A stretch of DNA of 64,000 bases from an uncultured Nitrososphaeraceae archaeon (lineage in GTDB: Archaea > Thermoproteota > Nitrososphaeria > Nitrososphaerales > Nitrososphaeraceae). The notes beneath the pieces were generated by a model. The model was not told the DNA's origin. It saw only the letters and a program-made list of their open reading frames with translations, and did not search any database. Positions 34,840 to 47,285 of the stretch are shown here, piece after piece; the stretch's first letter is position 1; each line of letters starts with the position of its first letter. The stretch lies in assembly GCA_963765895.1 (NCBI GenBank), contig CAVXZB010000038.1:131068-195067 (forward strand), written 5' to 3'. Both the position numbers and the translations under genes were made by a program.

Positions 34840-35325
34840 CTAAGAGGAGCAGAATTAGTCTATACAAGTTATTTTTTCCCTTCATTCTTCGCAATTCTCA
34901 GCGTTGCTCTTCTTCTTCAGATGGTAAACGCAAAGCTTAATCCTACACGTTGCAAAGTCTATTAAAACAGACAACTAATCAATATGTCTTAAGGACGCAA
35001 GTGCAGGAGATCATACCGTCAAATATAGCGCGACTGACGGAAAACTCGTTGGAATACTTTCAGATCCCCTGCTTTGAAAGCAGGAGATGTAGTCATTAGT
35101 CAGGGAGACCCTGGCGGGAATAATGACGATCCAAATACCAAGATGGCCCTCGATGCCAAAAACGCACAAGGTCAGGATGTACGATTCAAGGTCACAATAG
35201 GGCTACGGACCAGCTGGAAAGAAATCGAAAGTACAGACACTGACAGCGCATTATCTATTTCCTTTAGTAACAATAACAAATTCATAGAAATTATCGGTAC
35301 TCAAGCTGAACTAATGTCCGCTTAA
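34840..35325 (+). pseudogene. Secreted beta-rich protein remnant; start approximate
   Basis: Signal-like start, HTVKYSATDGKLVGILSDP, ALDAKNAQGQDVRFKVTI, LSISFSNNNKFIEIIGTQ; broken frames. Confidence 0.5.
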
Positions 35326-35889
35326 CTGAAACAAAGGAAAAAATCCTTTTTAGTATTTAACATAGCTTGCGATGTAGGAGTCAAATGGATAAGGAATACC
35401 TGATTGTGAAGCTTAGGATATAACAAGGAGATCCCAGTAACTGTTCAGTGATCGATATAGTTTATGAGGGCGCATAGCCTTATGAGATAGTAATCTATTG
35501 TAACCCGCTACCTCAAAGCATATAAGAAAAGCGCATATGGAAGTGATACTTCAGGCCGTTGTATTTGCCATTTGGCCTGCATTTCCCTACTTTCACTTTT
35601 AAGAAAATCCTATTTAAGAAACAATGTTCCAGCTGGGGCGAGTGGGATTTCACAGTCCTCGTTAAATGGGTTCAGCTATACCATTGGATTTTATGATCCT
35701 GTTATGGGGATTATATCTACTATGTGAAGACGGTACCAGGGAACGAGATAAAATGTGAGAGATATAGGATCGGATAAGCACATACGGGATTAACGAAGGA
35801 GATAGAAATCAACTGAAAGCCAGGTGGGAAACAATTGAATGTAAAACTTCACCATTTGATTTATAATTAGAGGTCTTTTTACATAATTC

Positions 35890-36351
35890 TTAGACACATT
35901 TTTTGTGAGGCTGAAAGATTATCCTTTTATCATCTTTCTCTAGCTTTGTTACCTGGTCTATTGAGGACTCTATCTCAATTTCTTGGCCCACCTTTTCTTC
36001 CATATAGTCTTGAAAATCTTTGATATCATAGAGTTCAGTATAGGATCTTCCTGATTCCATTAAGCCGATATTGTGTCTGTTTATAGTCCTAAAACCTACA
36101 GGTGTCTTGAATGCGATTCCAATAATATAGTCTATAAACCAAACCTCCTGATCCTCAATTATGTAAACATATTCTGCATTAGAATCAGTGGCTGTACCTG
36201 GTGACTGGCTTGTTTTTTTTCCCTTTGTGTCGAATATGTGCATTCGTATCGAGTGTATATATGCAATCCAGCCAGTTAAAGGCTCCTTCAACTCATTCTC
36301 TGAAAGTATCCTTTTTTCAGAATATACTTCCAGGTTTAATTCCTCCCACAT
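35890..36351 (-). CDS. Hypothetical protein
   Basis: 153-aa ORF with globular-protein composition. Confidence 0.55.
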   Translation of the reverse strand: MWEELNLEVYSEKRILSENELKEPLTGWIAYIHSIRMHIFDTKGKKTSQSPGTATDSNAEYVYIIEDQEVWFIDYIIGIAFKTPVGFRTINRHNIGLMESGRSYTELYDIKDFQDYMEEKVGQEIEIESSIDQVTKLEKDDKRIIFQPHKKCV

Positions 36352-37173
36352 ACCTGCGCAATTGCTAGTAGATCAAATCTACCTACATAACAAAAACCTT
36401 GAGGCTCGTCGAAGGTGACATTTCGGAAACAAATGTAGAGGTTAATTGTAAGAGCTGCAAATTCTTATCCTAAACACTGACGAGGGGTAGCGACTGCAAT
36501 TGTAATAAAGTTGGAGAAATATTATAGGAGCAAAGCGATATAGCGTTGGCTCTTCTGTAATTACTGTCTCAGAGAGACTAGCCTTAAGGACTAGAATACC
36601 GTGAATTGGCGGTAAACTGTATTTGGGAGAGAAACATCTAGTCCAATCGGAAGAAAGTATTCTCTCTCGTTCCATTTGTAAATATAATATTCAGTCAAAA
36701 AAATGATATTTAATAATACGGATGAGAAAGTGAATGAGTTTAGCACATTTCCTGCTTGTCCGAAAGATAATATACAAATAATCCCAGGGAATGCCACTAC
36801 GATAACGTGCTTGGGCACAATACCAATTTTGCTGACATATTGCTACTGCGTCGGCAGTATCGTATTGCTATGATCATTTTATAGCCCCGGTACAATACAT
36901 GAGACTATGAGATTCATTACCATCTTCGGCCGGATATACATAGAGGGCAAGATTGGTAACACTATGTTTCCGTCAATAAGTGAAAAGTGGTATTGCGGCC
37001 TTTTTCTCGGGTGACTCTTGCGACCGCCGAATGGTATAGCGAACTTGTTATAATCTATTTCTTCTGCTGTCATCAATTGACTAATATATCTGTCAATGTC
37101 TGCCTAAAAAGAACTAAATGATTTACTATAACGGGATTATGCATATCTAAATCGCAAAGATTTAGTCCGAAAG

Positions 37174-37527
37174 CTATTCTAACGCGTCCAGTATCCTAAC
37201 CTCTTCAGTGATAAGGCACGCATATTCATCTTCATACCAGGCATGAACTTGCTCGTCTGTTATGGTGCCGCCACTATCATAGTAAGGACATTCAATCACA
37301 CATCTTTCAGCAGTACAACCAAGTCTATCGGGTGGTAATTCATGGGTATTACCATATCTTTGCCAAACACTGCAATCATGGCTCATCCACTCCCGCTTTT
37401 TGTCTTTGTAGTGTTGTTCTGGAGTTTTGTCTAACCAAGGTCGGATTAGGTATGTGTAAATATATAGCGATTTACAGTATTTGATTGACACATTAACATA
37501 TTGCTCAGGTGTTAATTCCAATCCCAT
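37174..37527 (-). CDS. Cys-rich hypothetical protein
   Basis: HDCSVW...LGCTAERCVIECPYY. Confidence 0.55.
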   Translation of the reverse strand: MGLELTPEQYVNVSIKYCKSLYIYTYLIRPWLDKTPEQHYKDKKREWMSHDCSVWQRYGNTHELPPDRLGCTAERCVIECPYYDSGGTITDEQVHAWYEDEYACLITEEVRILDALE

Positions 37528-37627
37528 CGTTGGAATACGGCTATCATGTTCGGCTGCCTCTACTAGTCTGCTGCGATATGCTTCCCATTCGGCAATTACC
37601 TTTTCCTTGTCGCGTGTATTGCGATAT

Positions 37628-37843
37628 TTACCTGACTAGCATCTGGTATTTATATGCCCTGCGGCCCAGTTCCAAATTAAAATCGTTTATCCTACGCTTC
37701 CGTTCATCTGCGTCTGCTAAGTTGGAAGTGGTAGCGCTATCACCATAACTTTTATCAGCCGTCTTAATGCCTCTTTTGCTTTCGACGTCGACAACATTCT
37801 TGTGAAGATTATCGATCTCCTTACCTAGATTATGCACTTTCAT
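37628..37843 (-). CDS. Hypothetical protein
   Basis: 71-aa ORF heading the minus-strand cluster; may join 37174..37527. Confidence 0.45.
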   Translation of the reverse strand: MKVHNLGKEIDNLHKNVVDVESKRGIKTADKSYGDSATTSNLADADERKRRINDFNLELGRRAYKYQMLVR

Positions 37844-37904
37844 GTATTTATCTGCTATCTATTTCTATCCGTTCCATACGTTCATTTAGTGCTCTAATTC
37901 ACAC

Positions 37905-37933
37905 GACCAGTGGTTTATTAACCATATTTGACT
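37905..37933 (+). repeat. Dispersed ~30-bp motif, family 2
   Basis: CCAGTGGTTTATTAACCATATTTGACT versus CCAGTGGTTTGTGAACCAAATATGACT at about 61484 (23 of 27 identical). Confidence 0.7.
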
Positions 37934-38087
37934 CAATTTTGCCACCCAAGAATGATTAATATCAGACACCCAAGGAAATGATTGGCACTTCCGTAGGACA
38001 AGAAAAGTTAATGAATAAAGACGAGATAAAATTTATTGTAGAATCACCAGCTTGCCACTCAGTCTATCACTATATCTATTAGATTCT

Positions 38088-39727
38088 TTACAGTTTGGTC
38101 ACCATATTCAATATTTGACCATTTCTATCAACAACGAGATTTAACAAGTCGCCTAGATGTTTCTTCTTCATTTGTTTAACTATGTCTACAGTCCCATTGA
38201 CCTTGTGCCCGTCTACAGATATAATCACATCGCCTCTTCTTATTAAATATCCACTTTTATCTACATCTAAGATTGAACCTTTGAGGCCAGCATTGTAGGC
38301 AGGGCTTCCAGGAATAACTGCTTGTACTGCAGCTCCTTTGCTCTTTATTGGCAACTTCATGTCTTCAGCTATGCTAGGAGTTAAATCAAAAGTACTAATC
38401 CCAAGTCTGGGAGTAGAAGGAATAGAAGATGATAGTTGTGATGATGGTGATGACTTAATTTTATTATGATCACTATTATTTTCGTCATTCTTGTCCTGGT
38501 TACTGCTATTCTTCAGATTTTGCTGTTCTTCTTCTCGTTTGGGAGAGATAGGTGGCGGAGTGTATAGCCCGTATGCATTACTGTTATTTTCATCCTTTAA
38601 CTGTAGTTTTTCCATCATGGATACGAGTGAAATGTACTCTGTATTATTCATGTTAGAAAGATAATCACGTATAACAGGACTATTCGTATTGCGCCATATT
38701 ATTACGCCTTTAACAAGATCTGACTCATTTGCTATTGATAATGTAGATAATATGAGACGGTCAGAGGGCGGACTATTATCAATATAGTTCGATGTTCTAG
38801 CAGAATAAACAACGTATCTAATAGGTTTATCATTAAACTTTTTTAAGAAAACTTTTAGATTGTGATCTAGATCTGTTACATTATAGTAATTAGTACTTGC
38901 CAAAACTATACCATCCGTGTTATTATAAAAATGTCTTTTTACATCGTTTGTCTTGAATCCTTCAAAGTAAAGAACGGGATAAAAATGCAAGTCTTTTCTT
39001 TTTTTCTGTAATGCTTCTTCAAGTTTAGATTTAAGCATAAAAATAACATTTTCTTTTGGAACTCTGTTATTCTCATTGATGCTGTCTTTGGAATGGTTAT
39101 GACTATTATCATTATTTCCCTTACCTTTATTTGCATGTGCACTGTCATTAGATAGATTGAAGTCATATATAACAAACCCATCAAGTGATAATGGGTATTT
39201 TGTTTTTAAGTAAATTGAGATAATTAATCCAACCATTCCAATCGAAGTTTCCTTTGGGACCAGCTTCTGAAGGTGGAAGCAATATAATTATTATCTTCAG
39301 TTTGGTTCCATCTGCTGACTGTAATAGATTTTCTGTCAATGATTCTAGCTGCTTTAGACCTGAAATCAGCCATAGTAAAATAATATTCATTGTATCCTTG
39401 CTTTAGAATAGCATTTACTGCATTTTTTCGCTCAGTTGTGTTTTTGACGGATTCAAGAGGTAGTTGATAGGGTGCCCACATTCCAAAGTTTGTTATAGGC
39501 ATAGTTGTTTGATTGGTGAAAGGACTGACAGTACCTGTAGTATCATTATTTGAAAAAAATTCAGTCTCTGATAAGGACTTTACATTTTTATTTATTCTTT
39601 TATTACCATCAAATAATGATTCATTTCCAAGTACAGGAGCAACAAATATTGACGCTAATAATAGTAATTGCAGTGAGACTAGAGTTATTGTAATTGTCTT
39701 TGATTTTGAAATTTGTATTAACTTCAT
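38088..39727 (-). CDS. Secreted protein with C-terminal PDZ domain, frameshifted
   Basis: Signal peptide in 39224..39727; PRLGISTFDLTP..GAAVQAVIPGSPAYNAGLKG..GDVIISVDG is an HtrA-type PDZ. Confidence 0.75.
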
Positions 39728-40133
39728 TGCCTACAAATAGAGAGAATGATATAATATGTTCGACATAATAAACTCAACGTTTAGAAGAAAACCATTCTTC
39801 TGGTATATAGAAAGTTCAGTTCTTCTACTGCTTCTTGATATTTTATTTCTATTAACCAGATTATCCACCGATACCATATCATAGTTGTTGCAGCCATGTA
39901 ATAATCAGCAATGATATTAAATAATGATCAATTCTTGCTGAAATAATTCCTTTTCTCAAAGATATAGCCAAAAGTGTTAGCCTAGATCTTATAATATCGG
40001 TAAGCAGTTCATCTCTATTGTCATCCTATATCCAATCATTTAAAGCATGTATACAGAGAACCGTTTTAAGACATCATAGTCCTATACCCTACTATATAAG
40101 GCGTTATTATCATTGTTTGCTGACTTAGGACTA

Positions 40134-41111
40134 TTAATCAGATCCAAAGGCTATAACTGGTTTTTGATTTTTGTTAGTAATCCTAGCTGTTGGCATAAAC
40201 CTCGTATTGCATGCTCTTCCAAATCTTCCTTTGAGATCAACTGCTATTATTCCGCCTGTATACTCACCAAATCTTTCGGTTAACACATCAATTGATTTTT
40301 TGCTTGATAAATGTGCACTGTTTCTTGATTCCATTTGGTCACAGGCGTATTTACATAAACACAGCCTCATAATATACTCTCCATAGCCAGTAGCGCACGC
40401 AGCTCCTGATTTATTGTCTGCATAGATTCCAGAACCGATTATTGCAGAATCACCTATTCTTCCATGCATCTTAAGCCATATCCCACCAGTTGATACAGCT
40501 GAAGCAACGTTTCCATCTTTGTCAATTGCAACTGCTCCTACAGTAGAATAATGGTGATGACTTTTTTCTTGCGATGCCGCAGATGAGAGCATCATCAGCT
40601 TGCTATTCTTTTTCCATTTTATTCTAACATTCTTCATAAGTTTATTGTATTCATTTAATATTTTCTTATTTAGCTCTTGAGGATATTCTTCAACAGTATT
40701 GCCAAAGAACTTTGAAAGTCTAGTTACTCCATCAGAGACCATCATCACATGATCAGTGCACTCCATAATTTTTCTTGCTAACTTTATGGGATTCTTGATA
40801 CCCATGGCCATTCCTACAGAACCTGCTGATATATCTCTCCCATCCATAATTGAGGCGTCCATCTCTACTGTCTTGTCAATTGTAAGGTAAGAGCCAACGC
40901 CAGCGTCGAATACGCCACTATCCTCCATGCTTGCTACTGCTGCTTCTACTGAATCGACTGCGTTGCTACTACTTCTCTTTAGCAAATCGAAACCATAAGA
41001 AACGGCAGACTTAAGAGACCTGGTGATATCATTTGTTCTTTTTATTTTTTCAACGCCTGCTCCTCCATGTATCAATATGCCAAAATCAAAACCCTTGCGA
41101 TCAGAAGTCAA
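40134..41111 (-). CDS. iaaA: Isoaspartyl peptidase/L-asparaginase (Ntn hydrolase)
   Basis: IHGGAG, EMDASIMDG, STVGAVAID (Thr nucleophile), STGG, GRIGDS, ATGYGE. Confidence 0.93.
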   Translation of the reverse strand: MTSDRKGFDFGILIHGGAGVEKIKRTNDITRSLKSAVSYGFDLLKRSSSNAVDSVEAAVASMEDSGVFDAGVGSYLTIDKTVEMDASIMDGRDISAGSVGMAMGIKNPIKLARKIMECTDHVMMVSDGVTRLSKFFGNTVEEYPQELNKKILNEYNKLMKNVRIKWKKNSKLMMLSSAASQEKSHHHYSTVGAVAIDKDGNVASAVSTGGIWLKMHGRIGDSAIIGSGIYADNKSGAACATGYGEYIMRLCLCKYACDQMESRNSAHLSSKKSIDVLTERFGEYTGGIIAVDLKGRFGRACNTRFMPTARITNKNQKPVIAFGSD

Positions 41112-41366
41112 AATTCAGTCTTTGATTTATTCAATTACTCTTCTTTTTATAATTACCTAATGAGGATGACCTTTCTTTTAAGAATCAATCAATGCCTGTC
41201 ATCGCTACTTTCTTCAAAATAATAAAACTTCAAAGTCGATCTATATAAAAGGTGTATATAAGAATGAAGACCAAAAGTATTACAAGCAGAAGAAGCAAGT
41301 GAGTAACTTATAGTCCCATAAAGTCGCACAAACGATTTTAACTGGCTGCTAATTGGACTTCAACTT

Positions 41367-41744
41367 GTGAGTAGGTCCGAGGCAAAACCAGAAGAACAAG
41401 AAGAACAAGAAGATTACATTTCATACGAGGAGTTTTCAAACGTACACTTGAAAATTGGTAAAGTTATCCAAGCAGAAGGTGTGTCGGGTATGAAAAAGGT
41501 ATTTAAGATAAGGGTTGATATTGGAGCAGGTCAAAGGGATTTGGTTGTCGGCGCTGCGCTATTTTACAAACCAGAAGAATTAGTTGGCAAAGTAGTAGTA
41601 GTTTGTACAAATCTAGAACCTAAGAAAATCGGTGGTATAGTTTCAAATGGAATGCTACTTGCCGCCGATGGACCAGAAGGAAGGCCAATATTTCTTACTG
41701 TTAAAGAAGAAGATGACGTCGTCATTGGGGCTGGTATTAAGTAA
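41367..41744 (+). CDS. tRNA-binding OB-fold protein (Trbp111/CsaA/MetRS C-terminal-like)
   Basis: ISYEEFSNVHLKIGKV..VDIG..NLEPKKIGGIVSNGMLLAA. Confidence 0.9.
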   Translation: MSRSEAKPEEQEEQEDYISYEEFSNVHLKIGKVIQAEGVSGMKKVFKIRVDIGAGQRDLVVGAALFYKPEELVGKVVVVCTNLEPKKIGGIVSNGMLLAADGPEGRPIFLTVKEEDDVVIGAGIK

Positions 41745-42344
41745 ACATTTTCTGCAAATGACTTTGAGAATAACAATCAAAAGCATATAGCTAAACATGA
41801 AATAAGGATATCCGTATTTAATAACATTAGGTAAACATCACCTTCGAAATCAGAGGCAGAAATCTCTCACACCAATAGTATAAATAAGAAAATGATTTTA
41901 TTACACAACAGAATAAGTAAACTAAAATAGGATCAATACAAAGTCCTAAAAATTACCTTTGATACCCACAATGCTTCTTTTTCAGAGACACGCAGCAAAC
42001 AATAGTCGAACCAATGAGACTTAATATAGAAGAAGGTCACTTCTGTGAGACTCCATTAGGGAAGATAGACGACGATAAGAATGACAATAGTTTTCCTCTT
42101 CTGTCACTCCTGAGCGAATGAAGAGACCTAGATCTGTTCGAGAAGATACTGACACAGATATCATAGTTAGGCAAGATTTGTAAAATGACACCAGATCTTA
42201 TGTAACTAAACATGTACACAACATCTAGTACTACTTCTTTATTATTTCGTTTGTTATTTTCAGTATTGCTATGAACTAGATCCGCCTTTCGTTACTTTCC
42301 ACGTATCTGATACTAGTCAACCAAATTGAACCCATGTAATTATT

Positions 42345-42374
42345 TGGGCTAGTTGGTTTGTGAATCAATTTGAC
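42345..42374 (+). repeat. Dispersed ~30-bp motif, family 2
   Basis: TGGGCTAGTTGGTTTGTGAATCAATTTGAC. Confidence 0.65.
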
Positions 42375-43467
42375 ATGATTTTATGTCCCTAGCCGATAGC
42401 AATAAAGTCATTAACCTTGGAACTATCAGGAAGTCGTTGGTCCGGGTTCGGTGGGATGCAATACACTAGTGTATGTAATCCAATTCCAATAGTCTCCAGG
42501 GATCGCTATTTGAAGAATATGGTTCGACTCAGTTTATAATATCTCAACTTGAAAAATAATTCTACTAGTCACAAGACTTATCTTGCCTAATTCCTTTCCT
42601 TAGTTTTTAGCCGGCTTACCTAAAAGTGTTAAACCTCATAAAATGGCAAAGTAGTAATAGATAGTAGCGAGTAATAGAAAGAAGACTTTAGTTTTCCCCC
42701 CAAACCAAATAGTCTTCCATAAACGCGGCGTGAGTAGGTTTTATGGTCATCCGCTCACGTCGTGACCGTACATCCCGACATTGGTGATTCTGCACCTAAT
42801 GGAACATAACTATAGGCAAAGGATTATGAATTCCTGTTTCTAATGCCTTATCTTTTGAGGAAATTCGTTAGCCTCATTAGCAAATAAAGTCAGTTACCAT
42901 TTCAATCAATGCCAGAAAGCAGTTATTTCTAGTATAAGATCTTAGTAATTAAAGTTACATTGGACTAAACCAAAAGGAAAGTAGGATAACTAAAATTTAA
43001 TATCAAATCATGATAAGTTCTGCCTGTAGATAGGTGAATGAAGTGATATGAAACTCAAAGAAAAGGGGGTATCTGACTTGGTGGTTGCAATGTTATACTT
43101 CCTGTTATAGCTGCAGAACTAGGAACGTCTGAAATTTCTCTATATATTATGACGTCCGTAGATATCCAGAAAAGTACTTGTTTGGAACAGCACCACACTC
43201 GAATGCGCAGTTTTTCTCCTGTATTGACTTTCACAAGCGAAATAGCCGTGATCTCTACCTTTCAAAAAATTTACGCGTGCCAAGGATGGTGTTATGATCT
43301 CGTTACCAGAAGGTTCATCATACGTTTGCAATGGTAAAGGGTAATAGATAAATTGAAAAGAACAGTTCGCAGTAATTGATACGTCTGGGTTCTTAATTAG
43401 ACTAGCAGTTAAATGTAAATTAGTATCCCTATTTACCGGTGCTTGTTTTAATGATTCTATATGTATT

Positions 43468-43656
43468 TTAGTGATGTTTGATGTATTGTCTATAGTAATG
43501 TTTAAACTGCGGAGTTATATCCTCAGCTTTTACACCATGTGCTTTTATTAGATACTCTGTACCAGCTCTCCAAAGCTCATCTTCTGTTTCTCCTTTAGCT
43601 ACAAAATCGCAGCCCAACACTCCTGCGCCTGTGTCACGACATCCTAATGACAACAT
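43468..43656 (-). CDS. DUF1059 small protein, second copy
   Basis: GCRDTGAGVLGCDFVAKGETEDEL...IKAHG. Confidence 0.8.
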   Translation of the reverse strand: MLSLGCRDTGAGVLGCDFVAKGETEDELWRAGTEYLIKAHGVKAEDITPQFKHYYRQYIKHH

Positions 43657-44361
43657 ATTCTGTCGTGTTTATCATCATCATATATTCCTTTTTCAAGGTA
43701 TGTGTGAAAACGACACAACTAGAAGTAAAAAATAAGCTCTGAATTATGTAATGAGAATCAGGCCACACAAATTAATCATTAAAAACACAGATAAAAAGAG
43801 ACAAGCAAAAGACATTTCAAGAGAAAATTCTGTCGAACTAGAGCAAGAGTTACTTGATGACATCAAAGCTGCCGCTTGGAATAAAGATCACAGACTGGAG
43901 TTTATTTCAGATTTTATTAATAAACTACGCTGCAATTACATTCTTTTAAAAGTTTCTGTCCTATTTTATCTTTCTCAGTGCTAGATAGGGGTTCTATCAA
44001 GATGGATTAGATATATACCAATTTGGTGGCGATTATAAAGATAATAATAAATATCTCATACCATAAATATTAAATGGAATTGCCAAATAGCTTACAATTA
44101 CACAAATTCCTTCATGATTCATTTGAGTATAAACAAATTCTGCACCTTTTCAATGCTTTTACTACAATTATTACTAATACTTTAGCCTATGAGAGCCCGA
44201 TAGTCAAAAGCTTGCGGCCTCCTAATTTACTCTATCAGAATCAATTTGATGCCGGCTTATTCTGCGGTATCGTACGCTTTTCTAAGACGAGATCATTATC
44301 TATGCAAGCATTTTTGCAAAAAGCCCTTCCAAAGGATTCAAGACCGAGGCTTTCAAAATAG

Positions 44362-45955
44362 GTGTGTGGCTGCAAGATAGACTCCGCTAATAAAGCAGAT
44401 AGTAATGTTGATAAGGAGAAAAATGATGGCAGTATTAATAGCAAAGAAAGCATCATCATAACCAATCCTTTAGCACAACGATTAAAATGGCATTATGAAC
44501 TTTATCGAAGAATAAAACTACTGCCATGGTGGATAAAATACAATATAGGAATAGCAGAGACTGCCGTTCTGAAGAGAAATATATTAAAATTGGCTTCAGA
44601 TATCGGATTTCAAGATAGGTGGACCGCAGCACTGTTACGACATGCAGTATCAGAGTTTTCAAAAAAAGGCCTTGGTGCTGATTATTACGGATATCACAAT
44701 ATTCAGCATGAGCTTGAGGCTGCTTATTTTAGTCTGATAGCAGCTTATGCTTACTACAGTCATGATTTCAGCTTTGATCAGCAGGATTTAATCTATTTGT
44801 TTGTTGCTGCTCTCTTTTCATGATTATGATCCATTGAAGCATTTTGATAAGCCTCATGAGGACTCGGTTGAAGCATTTGTAAGAGATGATAAACAAATAA
44901 AAAAATATCTTGATGATGTTGGAATAAATATTGACATTGTTTTTGTATTAATTCAACGCACAGCATATCCATTCCGAGATAAGATAGCCGAACATGCTAA
45001 CATGAGGATTGAAGAGTTGTTCACTCTTGCAGGTATCCCTGAAAATGATTCCAAGACAAGAGAGCACTATAAACATCTTGGGTGGTTCCTGTCCGTATCG
45101 GAACGCATAGCAGGCTATGCTTTGGGCGACATTGAACATGGTCGTGATCTTGCGCGTCGCAACGCCCACGCATTAGGTTGGCATCCTTCACGAATCAATG
45201 AAGAATCCGTACGATACTTTAGCATTATGAAAGAGGAGAAAGAAATGATGAGGAGTGTGCTAGAATATGTCCCTGAAAAGTACAAGAAGAACTTTTTTGA
45301 TAATATACAATCTTTTAAGGATGCTTGGGAGGAAGAAAATAGTATAAGAGCATCAATTAGAAAAAATGAAACTAACCTAATACCAATTTTGATAGAAAAA
45401 TGTGACAGTAGTATCGATTTGAATGTAAGAGAATCGGTTTTGAATATATATCGAGAGTTACCACTTCCGGTACCACCAATTTATGAGAACAAGTTCAAAA
45501 AATCACTGTCTAATTCCAATACCATTCTAATTACTTTAAGGGTCAATGATAAGGATGGTGAAATTGTTGGCTATGTAAAAGGTGGTCCTCTTGAGACCTA
45601 TGAACTCAGACGAGGCACACACGATTCTAATGTAGAAAAAAAGAATACGGCATATATGGAATGGATTGGCATTAAATCTGGCTACTGGGGAGAAGCTGGT
45701 GGCCATCTTCTTAGGTCAGAGTTTCTTAAGGAAGCAAGAAACAGAGGTTATGAATATGTAACTAGCTACGTCCATCGACTCGTAATAACAAATAGAAAGA
45801 AAAGGGGTGAACCAATAGAAATAGTACAAAAGTACGACCCAGATAGACTAGACTACTATCGCGTAGATCTTAAAAAGTTGACAGATGTCACTACCATTAC
45901 AGATCCAGATCCAAGAATTATTGAAACATTGCCATTCGATTTAGGAATCCATTAG
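44362..45955 (+). CDS. HD-domain protein fused to a C-terminal GNAT-like domain (frameshift near 44815)
   Basis: YHNIQHELE and VAAL/FHDYD metal motifs, PHE; C-terminal IVGYVKGGPLE..TAYMEWIGIKSGYWGEAGGHLL..EARNRGYEYV. Confidence 0.75.
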
Positions 45956-46393
45956 CGATTTTAGATTGAAAACTTAGGTATATATCGAAATTCGATAAAT
46001 TCGAATATGCATGGTTAAAAATTGGCATTAGTCATTATTATTATCAGTATTGACACTTTGAAAGGATATGAAATAATGAGATGATTACAATGAAAATCAT
46101 CCTAAAGACATGACAAGAGAAAAAATCTGGCGAGCAGTATAAGATAGAAAAACTAAAGAAAAGGAAAATGAGACATGAAGTTAACGCCGGCGTTTATCGG
46201 GATCATATCCAAAATCATATTTAATATTCCAAGCTCGATTTTCGCCGGCTAGATAATCATCCCGCTTCAATAGTACTCTTCATTCCTCAGTAGTCATAGG
46301 AATGATTATAGCATGGTTGGGGGCCCAAATTTATGGGTCCATAAAATCATGACAGTACCACTCCCACCTATCAGTGTGCAAGTTATATTGTTA

Positions 46394-47285
46394 TCATGGT
46401 CGTGTTCCGACCATGCATATGGATTCATTATCCATTTTTATGACTCTGTTAGCAGTTCCATAATTTTGCTCTGCTTCTTCTGCCACTTTTCTCCAGATCT
46501 CTTCTCTTCTATCTTCAGTTTCTTTAGATAACACAATATGAGCAGAAGCGCTAACTGCTTGACAGTAACGACAATAATCATCACCTGACGCAAATTCAAA
46601 TGTTACAATTACCTTTTCAATATGAATATCTCTGAATCCTGCTCTGGCTAGAGAATTTTCAAGCTTATTTGTGTCAGATAGGCTAAAGGGGTTTGGAGTT
46701 CCTGGAAGTGCTGACGTTTGCACTTGACTGCCTATAATTCTGGTAGCCAAGCTAATAATTGGGACTTTAGGCGCATCAGCCCAAACTGCAGACTGCAAAT
46801 CGCCCACCTGATACTAGCGAACTATATATTTTTCCTATCGCAGCATCTAGATTTGGCAATAGCATTAGTCCCCAGCGACATAGTGCTGCATCAAACGATG
46901 AGTTTGCCAGGTCTAAATTCTCGGCATCACTTTCTTTAAACTCAATTATGTCCTGCAATCTCAGCAATGCAGCTCTTTCTTTTGCAATGGCTAGCATTTG
47001 TCTTGAAATGTCTGTAGCCAAAACATAACCGCTGGTTCCGACAACTTTTGCTGCTGTAATTGATGGTTCTCCGATGCCGGTTGCTATATCCAATATTCTT
47101 TGTCCGGATTTAATTTCAGCAAGTTCGATTAATCGCTGGCTGAGCTTTTGAGCTCCTTTCTCAATAGGCTGCCACCACTCTTTCCACCCTTCTGCAACAC
47201 AATTCCAGCCTTCACGTTGATCCATTTTAAACTGATTAGAATCAAAGGTCGAAGAAGCCATTTGATTACCATCATACTTCGACAT
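46394..47285 (-). CDS. Class I SAM-dependent methyltransferase (UbiE-like), frameshift near 46800
   Basis: ILDIATGIGEP, DISRQML, DAENL, FDAALCRWGLM. Confidence 0.88.
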
